From Massalongia carnosa (lineage: Eukaryota): 64,000 nt of DNA. The stretch spans positions 930,001 to 994,000 of the forward strand of contig OZ287078.1 of the NCBI GenBank assembly GCA_965645245.1, read 5' to 3'. Below are positions 1 through 15,245 of the stretch, piece by piece. A program made the translations under genes and the position numbers. The notes below the pieces were generated by a model. The model had not been told where the DNA came from, ran no database searches, and saw nothing but the letters and a program-made list of their open reading frames with translations. Each line of letters begins with the position of its first letter. The stretch's first letter is position 1.

Positions 1-898
<898 letters not shown>

Positions 899-1741
899 GC
901 AGGGTATTCCTCTTCCGCAATGTTTCAGAGATGCATTGGGAGCACTGGGACATGTGTGTAGCTTACGGCACGTGTAGACGGAAATAGCATCACCGAGTGA
1001 CTGACTAGATGCCTACAAGCTGTTAATTATGTAGGGTCACGCGCACATGTCTTGTAAGGTTCAAAGGATGGGGATAGATGAGCAACGACAATGATGCAAA
1101 GGCAAAAAGTGACTTTAGACAACCTCCATATTGAGAGAGCTAAACCTAAGACTCTTGATATTGAAGATGCTTGCTATGGCAGGTTGATCCATCTATTCAT
1201 ACCTAAAGCTGCCTAACCCAATTTGAAAAGAAAAACAAACATACCATACCAAGGTCAACACAAAGCAAGTCATTTACTCACTCCGCGCTTGTGAACAGTC
1301 ATGCATAGCATCAACTACGGAATGTACGAAGCACAGTAGGTATCACTCCACCTGATTATCTGTCATCATCCCAACGTGCTTTGCGGTCGATGTTCCATAC
1401 GGACAAACCAGCTATTTGCACGCTGTACCACCTGACCATATTTATCAAATTAGCCGTGGGTGACTAACATTCTGAACCAGAAAGATTCATCATTAACTTC
1501 ATCTACGCGTGAAGCGGATAATCTCGCTGGGCAGCAGTCAACCAACCTGCTTGATTTTAAAACTCCATCTGCCTGGCATACCTAGTAGAGTGCATAAACT
1601 ATCCTGCGGGTCAGTTTGGACTGTTATCATTCGGTACAGATCTAAGGTGCAAACAATCAAAAAAAAGTCACAGCTCTGTGGAACCATTTCTAAAGCCTGG
1701 TTTCTTTACTTCTCTACGCTGCTGTTTTTTCAGAAAAGAAA

Positions 1742-3455
1742 ATGGAGTCGGAATGTCCATTTTGTCCTTTCAAAAGCCTGGATTCCTATTCCCTCATGGA
1801 GCATGTAGAGTGTTGTCATCCTGAGAATGGGTTTTCTCCATTCAACGTCAAAGAAGAAGCGACGATGCCGCGGTTGGCGGGGGGGCGTGATGATGAAGCC
1901 TCAGGCTCGTTTAACGCTCTTTCCCACGAAGAAGATTATTTTCAGTGTGCCTGTGGGGAGGTAGTGATGCTGCCTGAAGTTAACAGCCATTTCGCCCTGC
2001 ACGAGACGGAGCAAACCACAGTAGATGAAGCGGTACCCGCTTCCAGTGGCCAAGAAGAAATGTCGGCCACTCTAAGTGACGAAGCTGTTGCTCTAGCTTC
2101 CTTGGCGGATTCTGAAACTTATCCGGGCATTCACTCAAGCTCAAAATCGCACGTTAAGCATCGTTCTCGAGTCTCGAACCACAAATCTCATCATGGTGTC
2201 AAAGACTTCATGAATGTTCTTCTAGGTTCCAAGTCAACATCGGTTCGTCCAAAGGCTGCCAGAGCCAAACAGAAGCTCCCTCGTAGGCTTGGCGTGCGCA
2301 ACTCTTTCGTAAGATGATTTTCCGATGGCTGATGAGATGCACAGAAAGCCGAACTAGGCCCATATGCTCATGAAACTGAAATGCCCGGCTGGCTTCGGAA
2401 GCAGCTTGAAGCAGGTGCACCAGTCACAATCACTGACAAGATCGATTACAATGGAAACATAGTTAGTATGGAGTCTGTAGCTAATGAAATCCGCGGCACC
2501 ATGGGGGTCCTGGCGCAGCTCTGTGAACAAGATCGGACGCTTTCAAGAGCTTATCTGTGTCATCCAGATGTGCGGCATGTGGTCAAAATGAGCAAGGAAG
2601 GGGGTTTCTGCGGTTACCGAAATATTCAAATGATGTTATCTTTCGTCCAAGACGCACAGTCACAGGGCTATCAGCGCCTACAGGGAAAGCTACCGTCGAT
2701 ATTGCAGCTTCAAGACTCCATAGAGAACGCGTGGGACATGGGCTTTAATAGCACCGGAAGAGTAGAGACTGGAGGCATCAAGGGAACGAGGAAGTATATC
2801 GGCACACCTGAGGTAGGCAAATTAAGGGGAAATATAAACTTCGCTAACAAGCAAAGGCTCAAGCGTTGCTAGCAAGCCTGAACATCGGGTAAGCACTCTT
2901 CATCAGTACAATTTTGGAGGTTGCGTTCGTTGCTGAGAGATTATCCTAGCTGTGAGGCAAGCGCCTTTGGTGATACAAACAGCGCTGCAGCCTACCGGCA
3001 AGTTTTGGAATCTGTGGAAGAATATTTCCTTCCCGGAGTTACGGACCTGTCCCAAAAAATCTGTCGGACATCTCTTCCGCCCATTTACTTCCAGCATCCA
3101 GGTACACGAACACTATAACTTAGCCAACGAACAAGGCTAATAAGTTACTTTGAATAGGCCACTCTCTGACTATTGTTGGTCTGGAGAGACGTAAAAGCGG
3201 TTCCTGCAATCTTCTCGTCCTGGATCCTATGTTTCGTCCATCCCCTGCCATTACTAGTTTGATGAATGCCCAATTTCACACCACCGTCCCCGAGAAGTTG
3301 TTGAAAGCTTACCGCAGAGGAGAGTCGTATTTGAGCAAGTACAGGAACTTCGAGCTACTCAAGTAGGCGAGTCCTTCTACTTTGTTGATTTTTGCTGAGA
3401 CAGGAACCATCCCAGGTTGACGTGGCGGCTGCCGCCTAAAAAGAGCTGGAACTGA
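1742..3455 (+). CDS. Zinc-finger peptidase, family C78 (ZUP1/ZUFSP/Mug105-like deubiquitinase), spliced
   Basis: N-terminal CPFC..H..C.H zinc motif, catalytic GGFCGYRNIQM, TRKYIGTPE, PPIYFQHPGHSLTIVG and LLVLDP. About five GT-AG introns; last exon ends TGA at 3453-3455. Confidence 0.85.
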
Positions 3456-3910
3456 TACCGATGGTCTACTTTCCACAACGGCAACGGCTTCGGTTGGATT
3501 GTTTGAGAGCATTGGATGCTTGGACATGTATAGATAGGAGAGTGTATTGCATCCAAGGACCAGGCAGGCATAGCGTTGGGCGAAATTTCTGATTTGTACT
3601 CTCCCATGATTATCAGCTTGCAGCGGACTACAAAATTGAATCAAATTCGAGAGAGTTCTCTCCACATAAAAACTAGAACCGCCTCATTTTCACCACCAAA
3701 GTAAAGGGCACACCTAGCATGAAGACGCCAGGTATTCTTAAAGCCTTAAGCAGCGTCTCTCACGGTTTTCTGTTCTAAATTTTATGTCTTCTGAATAGGT
3801 ACTTATAGTCTTCCCTCCTCGGTTGATGTTATCACCCCAACACATTGAAGATCCTTCGGTGGCGGGCATCAGGAGATTTAATTAAGTTAGATACAATATA
3901 AAGCCATCAT

Positions 3911-4236
3911 CAGACTACCGCAAGCTAATCACCGAACCTAAAGCTCTCAAAGTAGTAACCGCGTGGCTCATGCGCACAGGTATTTTAACACAGTATTCCA
4001 TTGCCACGCAACTGCTTGAACAGCAGCCGGGCAGTCTCTCTTCAGTTTGAAAAACAGGTATCGCAAATTTTCGAGATACAGGAATCAATCCGCGGGAGCG
4101 GCGAACCCCCGATGAAGCGGATACGCAGGAGTAGTTTTTCACCTTTGGGTTTTCTACTTATTACCTAGCTTATATAGCATCTCCCGCATGGGCCGGCCTT
4201 CGGCCGGTGACACAACGGCGTAAGAATAATCAAATC
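3911..4236 (+). mobile_element. 5'-truncated Tad1-like LINE fragment (ORF2 C-terminus plus 3' UTR)
   Basis: 13-bp TSD ATAAAGCCATCAT at 3898-3910 and 4237-4249. Encodes DYRKLITEPKALKVVTAWLMRTGILTQYSIATQLL*, similar to the LINE end at 28170-28280. 3' hairpin CCGGCC-TTCG-GCCGG and AATAATCAAATC tail. Confidence 0.85.
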
Positions 4237-4796
4237 ATAAAGCCATCATTGATGATTCCGGGAAACAGCTAGGGGAGGGAAGAACACACTCCTTCTCATT
4301 CTGTCCAATACAACTAACTGGGTTAGCAGTATTGAAACTCTGCTGACTGGAAACACGCGCATGTGAGTAACTAGAATGTAGTATGCTCCCAAGAAAATCA
4401 AAGAACCAGCAACAGAATGATTTCCAGGCCGGCTGAGGTTCTTTCTCGGTTTTGCGACCAAAAGGGATGAGTATGTATCAATGGAAGGACTTTGACGAGC
4501 TGTAGGAAAGGTTGAGCATAGGAGGTAGTCCCGTAACATGAGAGATTCTTATTGAGAGAAGGTTTTCTTATGAATGAAATAATTTGCCGTACTCTTATGA
4601 ACGATACAAAAAGAAAAGCAAATACTCACTCCTTTTCACCGTGAGCGCGGATCAAATATTTCGATGATTCTTTCAAAGAATGGAAATCCAACGTTATAAA
4701 TCCATGGATGAACATACGGAACGCGCGAGCTTTCTCTCGCTTAAATTCAGTGTGAAAAATGCTCCCCGCTTCAGTGAGTTTATTAGTTTCGCTCCA

Positions 4797-5412
4797 ATGG
4801 CAAGAACGGAACCGAATATCATCATCACCGGAACGCCCGGTGTAGGCAAGACCAGTCATTGCGAGCTGCTTGCCCGAAACAAAGGGCTCAAACATCTGCC
4901 CGTCAACCAAATCGCGAAAGAGCGCGCGTGTCACGATGGTTGGGATGAAGAGTTCCAAAGCTGGATCGTTGATGAGGACAAAGTATGCTGCAGACCGAGT
5001 CCAAGTTACAAAGGAAAAGGAAAGAACCCATGAAAATGGCTGATAATTCCCTCCGTGAATCTAGCTCCTGGATGCGATTGAAGACGAAGTGAAGCAGGGC
5101 GGTTATATCATCGACTGGCACGCCTGCGACCTCTTTCCCCGAAGCTGGATCGATCTGGTGGTGGTCCTGCGGACGAACTCGACGATGCTCTACGATAGGC
5201 TCAAAGTGCGCCGGTACCCGGAGCGCAAGCTGCAGGAGAATATGGATTCCGAGATCATGGAGGTGTTACTCGATGAAGCGCGGCTGGCGTACGACGAGGA
5301 GATGGTGGTGGAGCTGCAGAGCAACGATCCCGACGATATCGACAGCAACGTTGAGCGCATAGAGACGTGGATCGAGAACTGGAAACGCGATCATGTTGAG
5401 GCTACCGCCTGA
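4797..5412 (+). CDS. FAP7: Adenylate kinase 6 / Fap7 (40S ribosome maturation NTPase)
   Basis: PNIIITGTPGVGKT P-loop, GYIIDWHACDLFP and YPERKLQENMDSEIM. One intron at 4983-5064. Confidence 0.93.
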
Positions 5413-5445
5413 CAGACCCTGAACCTGCTACCTATATGCTACGCT

Positions 5446-6417
5446 TTACTCCGCCCGCTTCAAAAACCAATCCCTCATCTGCGCTAGAGCTAGAAAACGA
5501 TGCGAAAGCCCATTCTTCTTCTTCGGGTCCATCTCGGCGTACGTCTCACCTTCGTACTCAAAAATCGGATCCCAACCTAGATTTCGTTAACGATTCCCCA
5601 TCAGCAAAGCGACGACCAGAGAAAACGCTTCTCGTAACAGGCATACCGAAACCCGGCGGTCCTCGAGCAGGTACGATCTTCCCCTTTTCAACCGTTTAGC
5701 CATACATATACGCACCCCCCTTAAAACTCGTTTCAGGACAACACCCAATAACAAAAAAAAAGCCCTTACCAAAAGTCTGCCTTCGAAAATAATAGGCTCC
5801 TGCATCGGCCCTTCGCAGTATGCAAAGGTACAAACGGCTTGGGCGCTTTTGTCTTCGTACGCCAGGAGGAGGTTGTTGAGGCCTTCGTGCCCTAGGGCTT
5901 CGAGGAACCATTTGCTATCGTCGAAATTGGTCCAGGGGGCAAAACCCATTGGGTGAACACCTTTGGGGGGGGGGAGACTTACATGTATGGGCCAGGAAGT
6001 TCCTTCAGAGCAGTAAAACAGAGACAAGTATCCTCCACGAGAACGGGGCCTTTGATCTTTAGGGGATCCCAAAATCATCATCAGTAGTAGCACTCGTAGT
6101 AGAATAATATCATCCATCCCATCCCATCCCATACCTACCACTACTACAAATTACCCACCTCCTTTCATACTATAGCAAAGCAAATCACCTTTCCCTTTCC
6201 TGCATACACACACCCAAACAACAACAACAACAAAACTTACAATCTCCGCCGCTCGCCGCCCCTTGTCGCGCGCGACGTCCCCGATCGTGCCCTGGATCTC
6301 GGGCAGGTCAGGGAGCGATCGGCTCCTCAGTGTCACCGTATCGCCCAGGATGGCGGTGACTTCGGCTAGCTTTTTGGCGTTGCCGGTGATGAAGTGGAGC
6401 TCTTTGGAAGTGGGCAT
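5446..6417 (-). CDS. HAM1: Inosine triphosphate pyrophosphatase (Ham1/ITPA), spliced
   Basis: [52 protein letters not shown] and SHR motifs across five exons; stop TAA at 5448-5446. Confidence 0.93.
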
Positions 6418-7241
6418 CTTTTACTGCTTCTTGTTGGGGCCAAGGGGGGGGATGTGGATGTATGTAGGTACTGTACGTATTTTGTAAACGAAGAAAGAAA
6501 GGGGGGGACAGAAATATATGGTGGGTTTTCCCAGTTTCCCCTTATGAGTCATTGTCCGTATGGATTCTCGCAATGGTTGATTTGAGCGAGAGTTTTTTAC
6601 AATAGTACTTACCTACAGAGTGTTGTTTCGTTCCTCCCTTTCCATCAATCTGCTGGTTGGACGGGTCCATCACATCATTGGCCTGTGCAACATACAGCAA
6701 AAATTGTTTTTATCACAGCTTTTCTGCACTAGGCTTTTACAACGTAGGAAACAAGTGGCGATAATTCATTCGTTATACTGATAAAGACTCCATATTTTAT
6801 ATATATTGCAGCGACTGGCCGGATCAGTAAAGGAGACTCGTAAGCTGAGAGAATCAGCTAAAACTTTTCATGCGTCCGTATTTTGGCCACACTCTACCAA
6901 CCAGTCCTACGCCCATCGTACACTAAAACCTCGGAATGCCGCCTTCACCCTCCCACCCAACGCAAAAAATATGCTCATGGAGATCATCGTAACCTGCATC
7001 AGGACGTGCCCATCGCGTCTAGAGTCTCTGCCAGATTATCCCATGCTTTATATCAGAGATCCAAACCAGCAAATGCGAAGAGAACAGCGGCCCGCTAAAA
7101 TCCAAGATGCGAAAAAAAAACCCTCTTTCCACCCCCTACGGAAAACGTCTACTCAAGATGATACATGAAAACACAAAGAAGGGTATCATCGAGTGCATAA
7201 TAGCTAGATCCTTCCGATTAATTCTCCAGAGAATGATTATG

Positions 7242-10200
7242 TCAAGTTCTATACAGTTCCATTTCGTCGGCTGGTAACATCTGGCTCTCGTCAGGATCCT
7301 GGTCGGGCACCTCGAATTCCAGCTTCTCTTGCTGAGCCATAGCCTGCGCCGAAACAATCTCCGCGAGACGCTTCAAGCGAGGCGTTTGCAACCAGGACGG
7401 CGTATACGTCTCCAGCGCTGTAATGACTCGAGGTTCGGCTATTTCATACGGTCCGCTGTCTTCCATATCGACGGCTGTAAGTAGAAGAACATCACCTTTT
7501 TCGGTAACACGAGAGGCAACGGCTTTCATGATATCGCCGTTGATTGGCTGCTCATAGTCGGCAACGAGATATTGATTCAAAAGCTTTTGTATCTGATTGG
7601 GGGATAGCCTATGGAGCATAATGTCAGCCAGTAAGCTAGTTGCAATGTTGTATCTCTCGACCTACATCCAGCAAATATCCTGGATTATCTCGATGTCATT
7701 TAATGTAGCCTTCTTAAGTTGCAATAGTTTGGTTGCTTGCTGCGGAAATATTAGCCCAGAAGCCTTACCAAAGGGACACAGGACGTTCTACCATAAGATG
7801 CTCAAGCTGTAGGGTACCCTCGGGCATATCGTGACTCTTACACCACTCTTCAATTCGGGTGATGTTGTAGTTGATCTGCAACCCGCGTTTCCAGGATAGG
7901 AAGTTACGCCGCATTAACAGGTCATTAAATGCTGTAACGCCGACCAATCTCAAAAGCTCCGTCAGGGTTTGTGTAATGATCGAATCTTCCAGGTAATACG
8001 CCTTCATCGCTTTAAAGGCATTGTTGAGCAAACTAAGAAGATTGTCCATACTAAACGCCGGGGTGTTATTCGACTGCAATAATTTTCCAAGAAATCTATT
8101 GCTCTCGCTAGTAACAAACCCGGGCAAAGATTGTGATTCAATGATGGCAGGGACTATCATCTTCTGTAGCTTCTTTTTGAGAACCTTCATCCACGTGTGA
8201 TAGATGTTGAACTCAAGACTTTCTAAATCATGCTTCACAATCTCCAGCAGCCGGTCATACTCATAATTATCAGTCTTTTGCGCTTCGTACCAATCTTCAG
8301 CAAGGAAGACAAAGGAAAGCATCTCATGTACATTGGACAGCCAGAAAGCCCCAGGGTTGATAGCATCTTCGCCTTCATGTTGCATAACTTCTTGCTGAAC
8401 CGATTGCATGACGTTCGCAAGGAATCGTTCCGACTCCTTGACGAATCCGTTGTTCCACATTTCCGATGTTACGAGATTGATTAGGTAGGCAGGGAACAAC
8501 ACCTCCTTGTCAGTGGGGGAAGGCGTCGTACCAGGAGCCGGGATTTTGAGGTTCTTAATGAGGCCCATGGTTACCTCTTCATTCAACCCATCCTCATCGG
8601 AAAGGAGATTCTCAAGCTCAAATTCAACGTTGTCGAGTATCGGACTAAAAGCCGATCCAGCTATGATTTGACGTTGAGCATTGGAACTATTGATTGCCAT
8701 CGACCCGGGACGAGGATTATACGCTGAGCTAAAGCGGTCAACCTCTACTCTCTCGGCTCCTGCACTTCGTCGTTTTGGCTTCTTTGATGACACCAGATTG
8801 ATCAAGCCATTGCTTTGAGGCTGAGGAGCATGTCCATTCTGAAGTTCGCCGTTGGTAGGTACCGCTCTCTTAGCAAGGTCGAGTTGATCTTGAAGGTCTA
8901 CGAGTTGCTGCCGTAGTGCCAATTTCTCATTTTCGTGGTTAATTCCAGCCTGTTTAGCATTCGCAAGCTCAACGTTAGTGGTACGTAGCGTCTCACGGAG
9001 ACTCTTTCCTTCTTCTTGAAGACGTTTGGTATTAATGATTGACTCTTCGTAGCTTTGTTGAAGTCTCTTCATCTCATTCTCCATAGCATTCAACTGTGCA
9101 GCAGTGATTCCAGCTTGATTCGCCTCAGCCTGCAGTTCCTTTGATCTGATCTCAAGAGCGTTATGCCGGGTCTTCCAAGATCTCAGCTGATTCTCGTAGT
9201 TGTCCACTTGAGCGATCAGAGCTTTATTCTCCCGTTTCATTGTGCCCAGCGATTGCGTTAATTCCACAACTTTATTTTCCAATTTATAGGATATTAGTTT
9301 GAGATCTCTGGCCTCTTCACGGATAACTTTATAGTCGCGCCTTGCTTTCTTTCCTCTCCGTAGGCTTTGAATAATGACCACCTTTTGGCGGTACTGCCTC
9401 CAAGCTCGTAATTGCCGCCTCGTACGCCATGAGCGCTGTATAATTACTGCAGCATTGCCAACCCTTGTCTCCATTATCTTCTTCCTATACAAATAACCCT
9501 TAGTAACGCCCTGGAGTAAGATAACGTTGTTTCGGATTTGTTGGAAGTGTTTCTTCTCCTTGAAACCACGCCAGACTTTTTGAATGCTCGTGGCTGCTTT
9601 GATCCGGCGAACTTCCTGTGCGATCCTCCGGGCATGGTAACCTCGAGCTAATGCTTGAACGAGAAGAACAGAATTTCTAGCCTCAAGATATTTCCTGCGG
9701 TAGTATTTGCAACGCAGATTCTTCTGTATCATGATAGCGCATTCAGTGAGTCTTGTCGTACGAAGGTTCTCCAGGAAAGCTAGCATGCCAGCGCGAAAGA
9801 ATATCTTCGTAAGCCCAAGTTGGTATTTATCAAGGCCCCTATTGGTTCCCTGCCCCAAGGCCTTTTTCAATATTGCATTTGCCATCTCCCTAATCTCAGA
9901 TGTCCAAGACTGGGACGGCACCAGCATGTAGTATCGCAAGGCAAACTCCTCATATGTCCATCGGGTTGGATAACCGGCACAGCTGATCCTCACAGTTTCT
10001 AATACACCGCATGCGCGTAGTTGGCTTAAAACCATTGGTCCTTCAAAACTCCAAGCCTGTTTGCCTTCATTTGGCTTAATGCAACGAATGTAATGCACGT
10101 CTGTTGAATTTATAGTTTGCATCAACTCTATCAGTGATAGCTTGAATATTCCTCCGAGCGTTGGTTTCCTATTGGCAGCCACCCCCATTCTCCTTCCAGA

Positions 10201-12274
10201 AGTTGCTACCGTCTTAGCGTTCGCTGCTTGTGCGGAGTCTTTTTCTCGGACCATCGAGGCGGCATCAAGAACTTCGCCAAGAAAGGTGTTTGTCGAAAGT
10301 CTGAGTACTTCCATATGCTCATCAGGGACAGTGTCTCTATTTTTTTCGATAAAACCATCCGATTCGTAAGTCACATCAATAGCATAATGGCAGACAGTAA
10401 AAGCAGACTTGCCAAATCGTGGCTTCTTGTAGAACTTTGACTTATCATTTGCAAAATTATGATGAAGTTTGGTAACAAATTGTTCATCAGAACCCATAGG
10501 TAGACGGGACTCCTCGTCAAGTAGCGACAAAACACCGAGCTTGGCTTCTATTAGATCGATACAAGGTTGATTGTCCGAAAAGTCGATGAAAGTCCAATCA
10601 ATTTCTTCTCGTAGATACTCTTCTTGTTCTAGCTTAAAAACGTGCTGGTTGAATTCCTGCTGTAGTTTCTCGTTGGCGTAATTGATGCAGAATTGCTCAA
10701 AAGAGTTCTTCGCGAAGTGCTCAAAGCCATATATATCAAGGACACCAATGAAAGAATTAGCGCGACTATTAACTTCCTCCGTAGATAGCCCCCCATTGAT
10801 ATTTTCAACAAGCCAATCAAACAAACTGGAGTACAGGAATTTTGCCACCGAATCCCGAACAACAACTGCTTGCTGCTGCGTTAGATTTGACATAATTCTC
10901 TCCCCCCTTGTGATAAGTTGCTTCTTGACGGTCCATTTTGCGAATTCATTAGCGTCAACGCCGAGCATTTTACAAGCCCGGACCAGTGAAGGCTCAGTAG
11001 TTAGAAGGACCGAATCTGTTCTAGTGGCCGTGATCCTGACATTTCCAAGATGAAGCAAAGCACTCAGCAATGCAAATATCTCGGATTGTTTGTCTCCGCT
11101 TACACCAATAGTGGTTAGAGACTGTCGAGTGGCTTCAAAATCGGCTTTGTCATCAACACCTTCGATTATGGGAGAGCCTCCTTGGTTAAGGTAATCGAAA
11201 TGCTCTACCGGAAGCAAGCCCCATTCATGCCGTTCTATATCACTGGCACCAGCAACAAGCTGGTAAAAGATATGATAGTTTCTCTCTTTAAGCGGTTGGA
11301 AGACTAGCCTAGACCGTTCCAGGAGATATGTCCGTATTCGAGCCCCGATAATCTCGGTCTTTTTGTCAAACATGATCTCTATGTATTTTCCAAACCTCGA
11401 CGAGTTATCATTTCGCGTAGTCTTAGCATTACCAAAAGCCTCCATCACTGGATTAGTCGCGAGTATCTGCTCTTCTGTTTCACTCATGGTGTCGGCAATG
11501 CCTTTTGCCCGTTTCCCTGGTTGATCGGGTGACTCTCGAGTTGCAAAATATCTCATAATGTACTTTGCGCTGACTGTCTTCCCTGCTCCCGATTCGCCCG
11601 ATACCACAATTGTCTGGTTGCTACTATCGCGTAACATATCCCTATAGATGTTAGTGTATATCTAATCGACTGATGGAAGATTCTCACGAGAATGCCTCCT
11701 CCGCAATCGCAAACAAATGAGGAGCCTGTGAGGACCGCTGTTTTCCTGCATAGACCTGTACCATACCAGGCACATACAAGGAATCAACTCTCGCAAACGG
11801 ATTTGTAGCTATTAGAACAATGCCGCTATAGGTGTAGATCTCCTTTTGCGAGTATCGTAACTTAATTGCTTGCAAGACTTAAAAGACATCAGCTACGTTG
11901 TCGAAGAAACTAGTCGAGGAAAGGACGACTTCTCATACCTGCAGGCTCATTAAGATGAGATAAATTTGTAAGATCATCGCTGGCCTCAAGAATAGCAGGG
12001 TTCATAAGAGGAGGTAATGAAGCATTATTGTCAATCTGTAACGCTCCCAGAGTAGTCTCTAATATTTTGGTCTTTGTGATTTCAAAGTCAGCAGCAGGTA
12101 GAAGAGGGAAAGTTTCTTAAAATGAATAAGGAGCCTAACCTCGCCATTTTCCAGGTGAAAAACTAGCTTGACTTTATCTCCTTGGATATCTTTGGATTGA
12201 ACCTCTGAGGCAATCCATCCTTCTATCGGATTAGGTTGCCATGCCCGCGTCCCGATATCATAATTGTGTGCCAT
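7242..12274 (-). CDS. MYO2: Class V myosin heavy chain (Myo2/MyoE)
   Basis: GESGAGKT P-loop, NDNSSRFGK, DIYGFE, about six IQ motifs, coiled coil and DIL domain (NFLSWKRGLQINYN). Short 5' and 3' exons flank a ~3.85-kb exon. Confidence 0.96.
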
Positions 12275-13109
12275 GGCACCTCAATAAGAAGAGATCCTAA
12301 TGGGCGCCAGTGTAGAGGAGCCCTTCTTGCGTTACGCAGGCGTTGCCAATCTTAGTGATCAAGCACGTAAACCCAGCAGCAAAGAAATAGAGGCTTCGAA
12401 CTCGTTAGATGCAAAAAATCAAAGAGGTAGCAGTGAGGAACAAGCGCTGGACATGTGTGACAAGTTTATCTATCGATGTCGAAATTGAAGAGACGAAGCG
12501 GCCCAGAGAAGAAACGCGGAGGACCAGCGCTAGTGCAGGAGGTAAGCCGAAGCAGGGGGCGTTGGAGGTGTCAATGTGTCTCCTTTATTCTGGACGGGAA
12601 GGACATTCGCTGCATTGTAAATATTCATAATATGATACTACACCTCGACCATGCCCAAATCTTCCCTAATATTCGGTCTATGTTTTGCCACTCTAAGGAT
12701 TTCATGAAGCAGTATGACTTCGACTGCTCCATTTTAAGAAAATCTTGCCAATGAAAATCTTTCACATTACAAACTAAGCTCGTTCATCAATTATATACAT
12801 CAGTATTTCTCTACCAATCGGTTGCAAAGCCAGCGCTATCGGCCGCTGACTAGGTTCTATTAAAATTATTCCTCGAAAGTAACCGCTGGCCAGTTTTCCT
12901 GCTTGTTCACTCTTTTCTACAACGAAGAAACAGATAAGCATTGATTACTTTGGATGGGGGACATACGGGCACATGACCAGGAGAAAAATGCGAGCAACAT
13001 AACACGAGAGAGAGTAAAGTTCAGTTTTACTCAATCACCCAAAGGCTGGTAACACAGCAGCTTCCCCAAACGTATGATCGAGGAGCTATGGAACGATAGA
13101 GGAGGAAAT

Positions 13110-14567
13110 CTAGCTTTGTTTGCATTCGGCAGCTTCTTGCTTGGGCTTTGAATTATCATCCTGGCTTCCTCATCAGTTCACCACAGCGGACGGAATATTG
13201 GGGCCTCAAGGTGCTTACCTCCTCATCTGACTCTTCATCGTCATCTCTTTCATCACTCGGATCATCATCTTCATCGTCATCCTCGTCCTCAAAATCACCT
13301 TCTTCCAACTCTTCATCTAGCTCCTCAAACTGCAAAGCTTCTCCAGTAAACCAGTCAATTGCGCGGGGAATGAGCTTCTCCTTGATGTCTTCCCCAAGTT
13401 GATAGTCCAGCTCCAAGCGCGCCTCAACATCATCAACGTCGGCTTCATCCTCATCTCCTTCGGGAGCCTTTGGAGGGTCAAAGAAATTGAAGAATGAATC
13501 TGTAGGAACAGTTTTCTTTACCACACGAGTTTGCTTGGTATCTGGTACAGCGTCAGTGTTAATGAAAGGTGCAGCTTAACTCGCTACACCTACTCTTATT
13601 CCGCTGCTTCTTACTCTCGACTCGTACTGTGAGATCTTTTCCAGCTTTCCAGTCAATTTTATCCCCCTCAGCGTGATCATATATGAAGTCACCCCCGTAA
13701 CCACTCTCCTCCTGGTAAAAATATGTTTTTGTGATAATCTTGTTGGAAAAGAACTCATTCTCCCCAAACTCGAAAATGAGACGAAAGCCAGGTTTCTGAA
13801 GATACTCCATACGGATGTCTGTTAGAGTTTTCAGAGCGGGCTCATCCCTATCTGTGATCAGCTCCGCCAGGGATTCCTGGTTCTTCATGGCAGATAGCCA
13901 GAATTCAGGGATGCCAGTGACGCTCTCAGCCTTCTTTCCTTCATCATTAGCTTCTTGCTTGGTAGCCTTCGCTTCATCACCCTCCTCATCTTGTTCGCCA
14001 ACCTTGACCTCCTCTTCGGTTGGTTCAGCAGCTCCGTTGACGATTTTTGCACGCTTTTCATAGAGCGGGGTGTACTTTGCGAAATATTTCTTCTCAAGGT
14101 TCAACACCTCTTCTTGAAATTCAACCTCAAGCTTGGAATGCTCCTTTTGGACACCTTTAAGGCCAGCAACACGACGACGAACTGCTGGTGGAAGAGACTC
14201 TATGTAGCCGGAGGAACGCCCTACCAGCGAACCAAGTTTTCCCTGAATCATGGACACTAACTTCGGGTTTTGAGCAAATATTGACGCTGCCGCTGCGCGA
14301 TCAAGATCCTCTTCCACCAAAGGTTAGTATAATTCATGGGGAAATGAGTCATTGGTAGAGTTGTCCATGTAGGCCGGCCCACAAACCTTCTTTGATACTT
14401 GCGACGCCAGGTTGCTGGGCATGAGAAGAAATAGGCGCATTGTTTGCAGGTGTGTTTTGTGGGGTCCTGAAAGGTTTAGTAAGCCTATTCATATTGTTGG
14501 TGTGGCATTGAGCGACTCACGGTGCACTTGCAAGATCAAGCTTTTTGTTACGAATTGGTTCCGACAT
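13110..14567 (-). CDS. NAP1: Nucleosome assembly protein 1 (histone chaperone), spliced
   Basis: [62 protein letters not shown], acidic tail and C-terminal CKQS (CaaX). Confidence 0.95.
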
Positions 14568-15245
14568 GATTTGGATCAGTATAGAAGGTGGACTGATTGG
14601 AGATGTGGAAGAAGTGAAAGAAGAGTCTTCAGAAAAGAAGTGGGTGAAAGTTATGGCAGGTTTTCTTTTTTTTTCATAGGCGATAACCAGGCTCGGTGAG
14701 AAAACCGTGGCGCAAAACACACTAAGGCAGAAGCTAGATTTAAGTATTGTGGTACCTATCTAAAGTTACAATTTGGAATGTATGATTGGAGATCCATCCT
14801 GCATGCCAACAATCCCCGTGAGCTCCAAATACTCTACCTAAGTATACTCTGTAACAAATGGGGGCAGTCACTGATTCCATAATACGATGTTTCACTCCAA
14901 TACCGTACGTTACTTATAGCCACCTATTCCTTTCACTTACTACCCCACATTGGTAACTAGGGTAGAACCCCACCATAAGGTTGTCACTTGCCTCATTAGG
15001 TAATGATTTAACTCGACAATCTGATATTCGTTTATTGCTTCTAGAAACCTAACTCGTTCGATTCTAACTTAGATATAATCATACATACGACACTCGTAAT
15101 TTTCCATGATCAAACTTCTATCGCCCTTGTTTTATTGCCTTTAAATAACTAATTATGAGGTTTAACCTAAAGCCTTCATTCAATTGACACCGATTAGCGG
15201 ACTTATTCCTTTCTATCCTAATTGACCCTGAAAATATTATAAGAG

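Noticed and set aside
1000..1500. Possible box C/D snoRNAs (ATGATGA on minus at ~1365 and ~1490)
   Set aside because: No suitably placed CTGA box D or recognisable rRNA guide.
3480..4660. Splice-like signals on the minus strand and a U14-like TCCTTGGATG at ~3550
   Set aside because: No coherent protein could be assembled and no box D follows; a non-coding transcript cannot be excluded.
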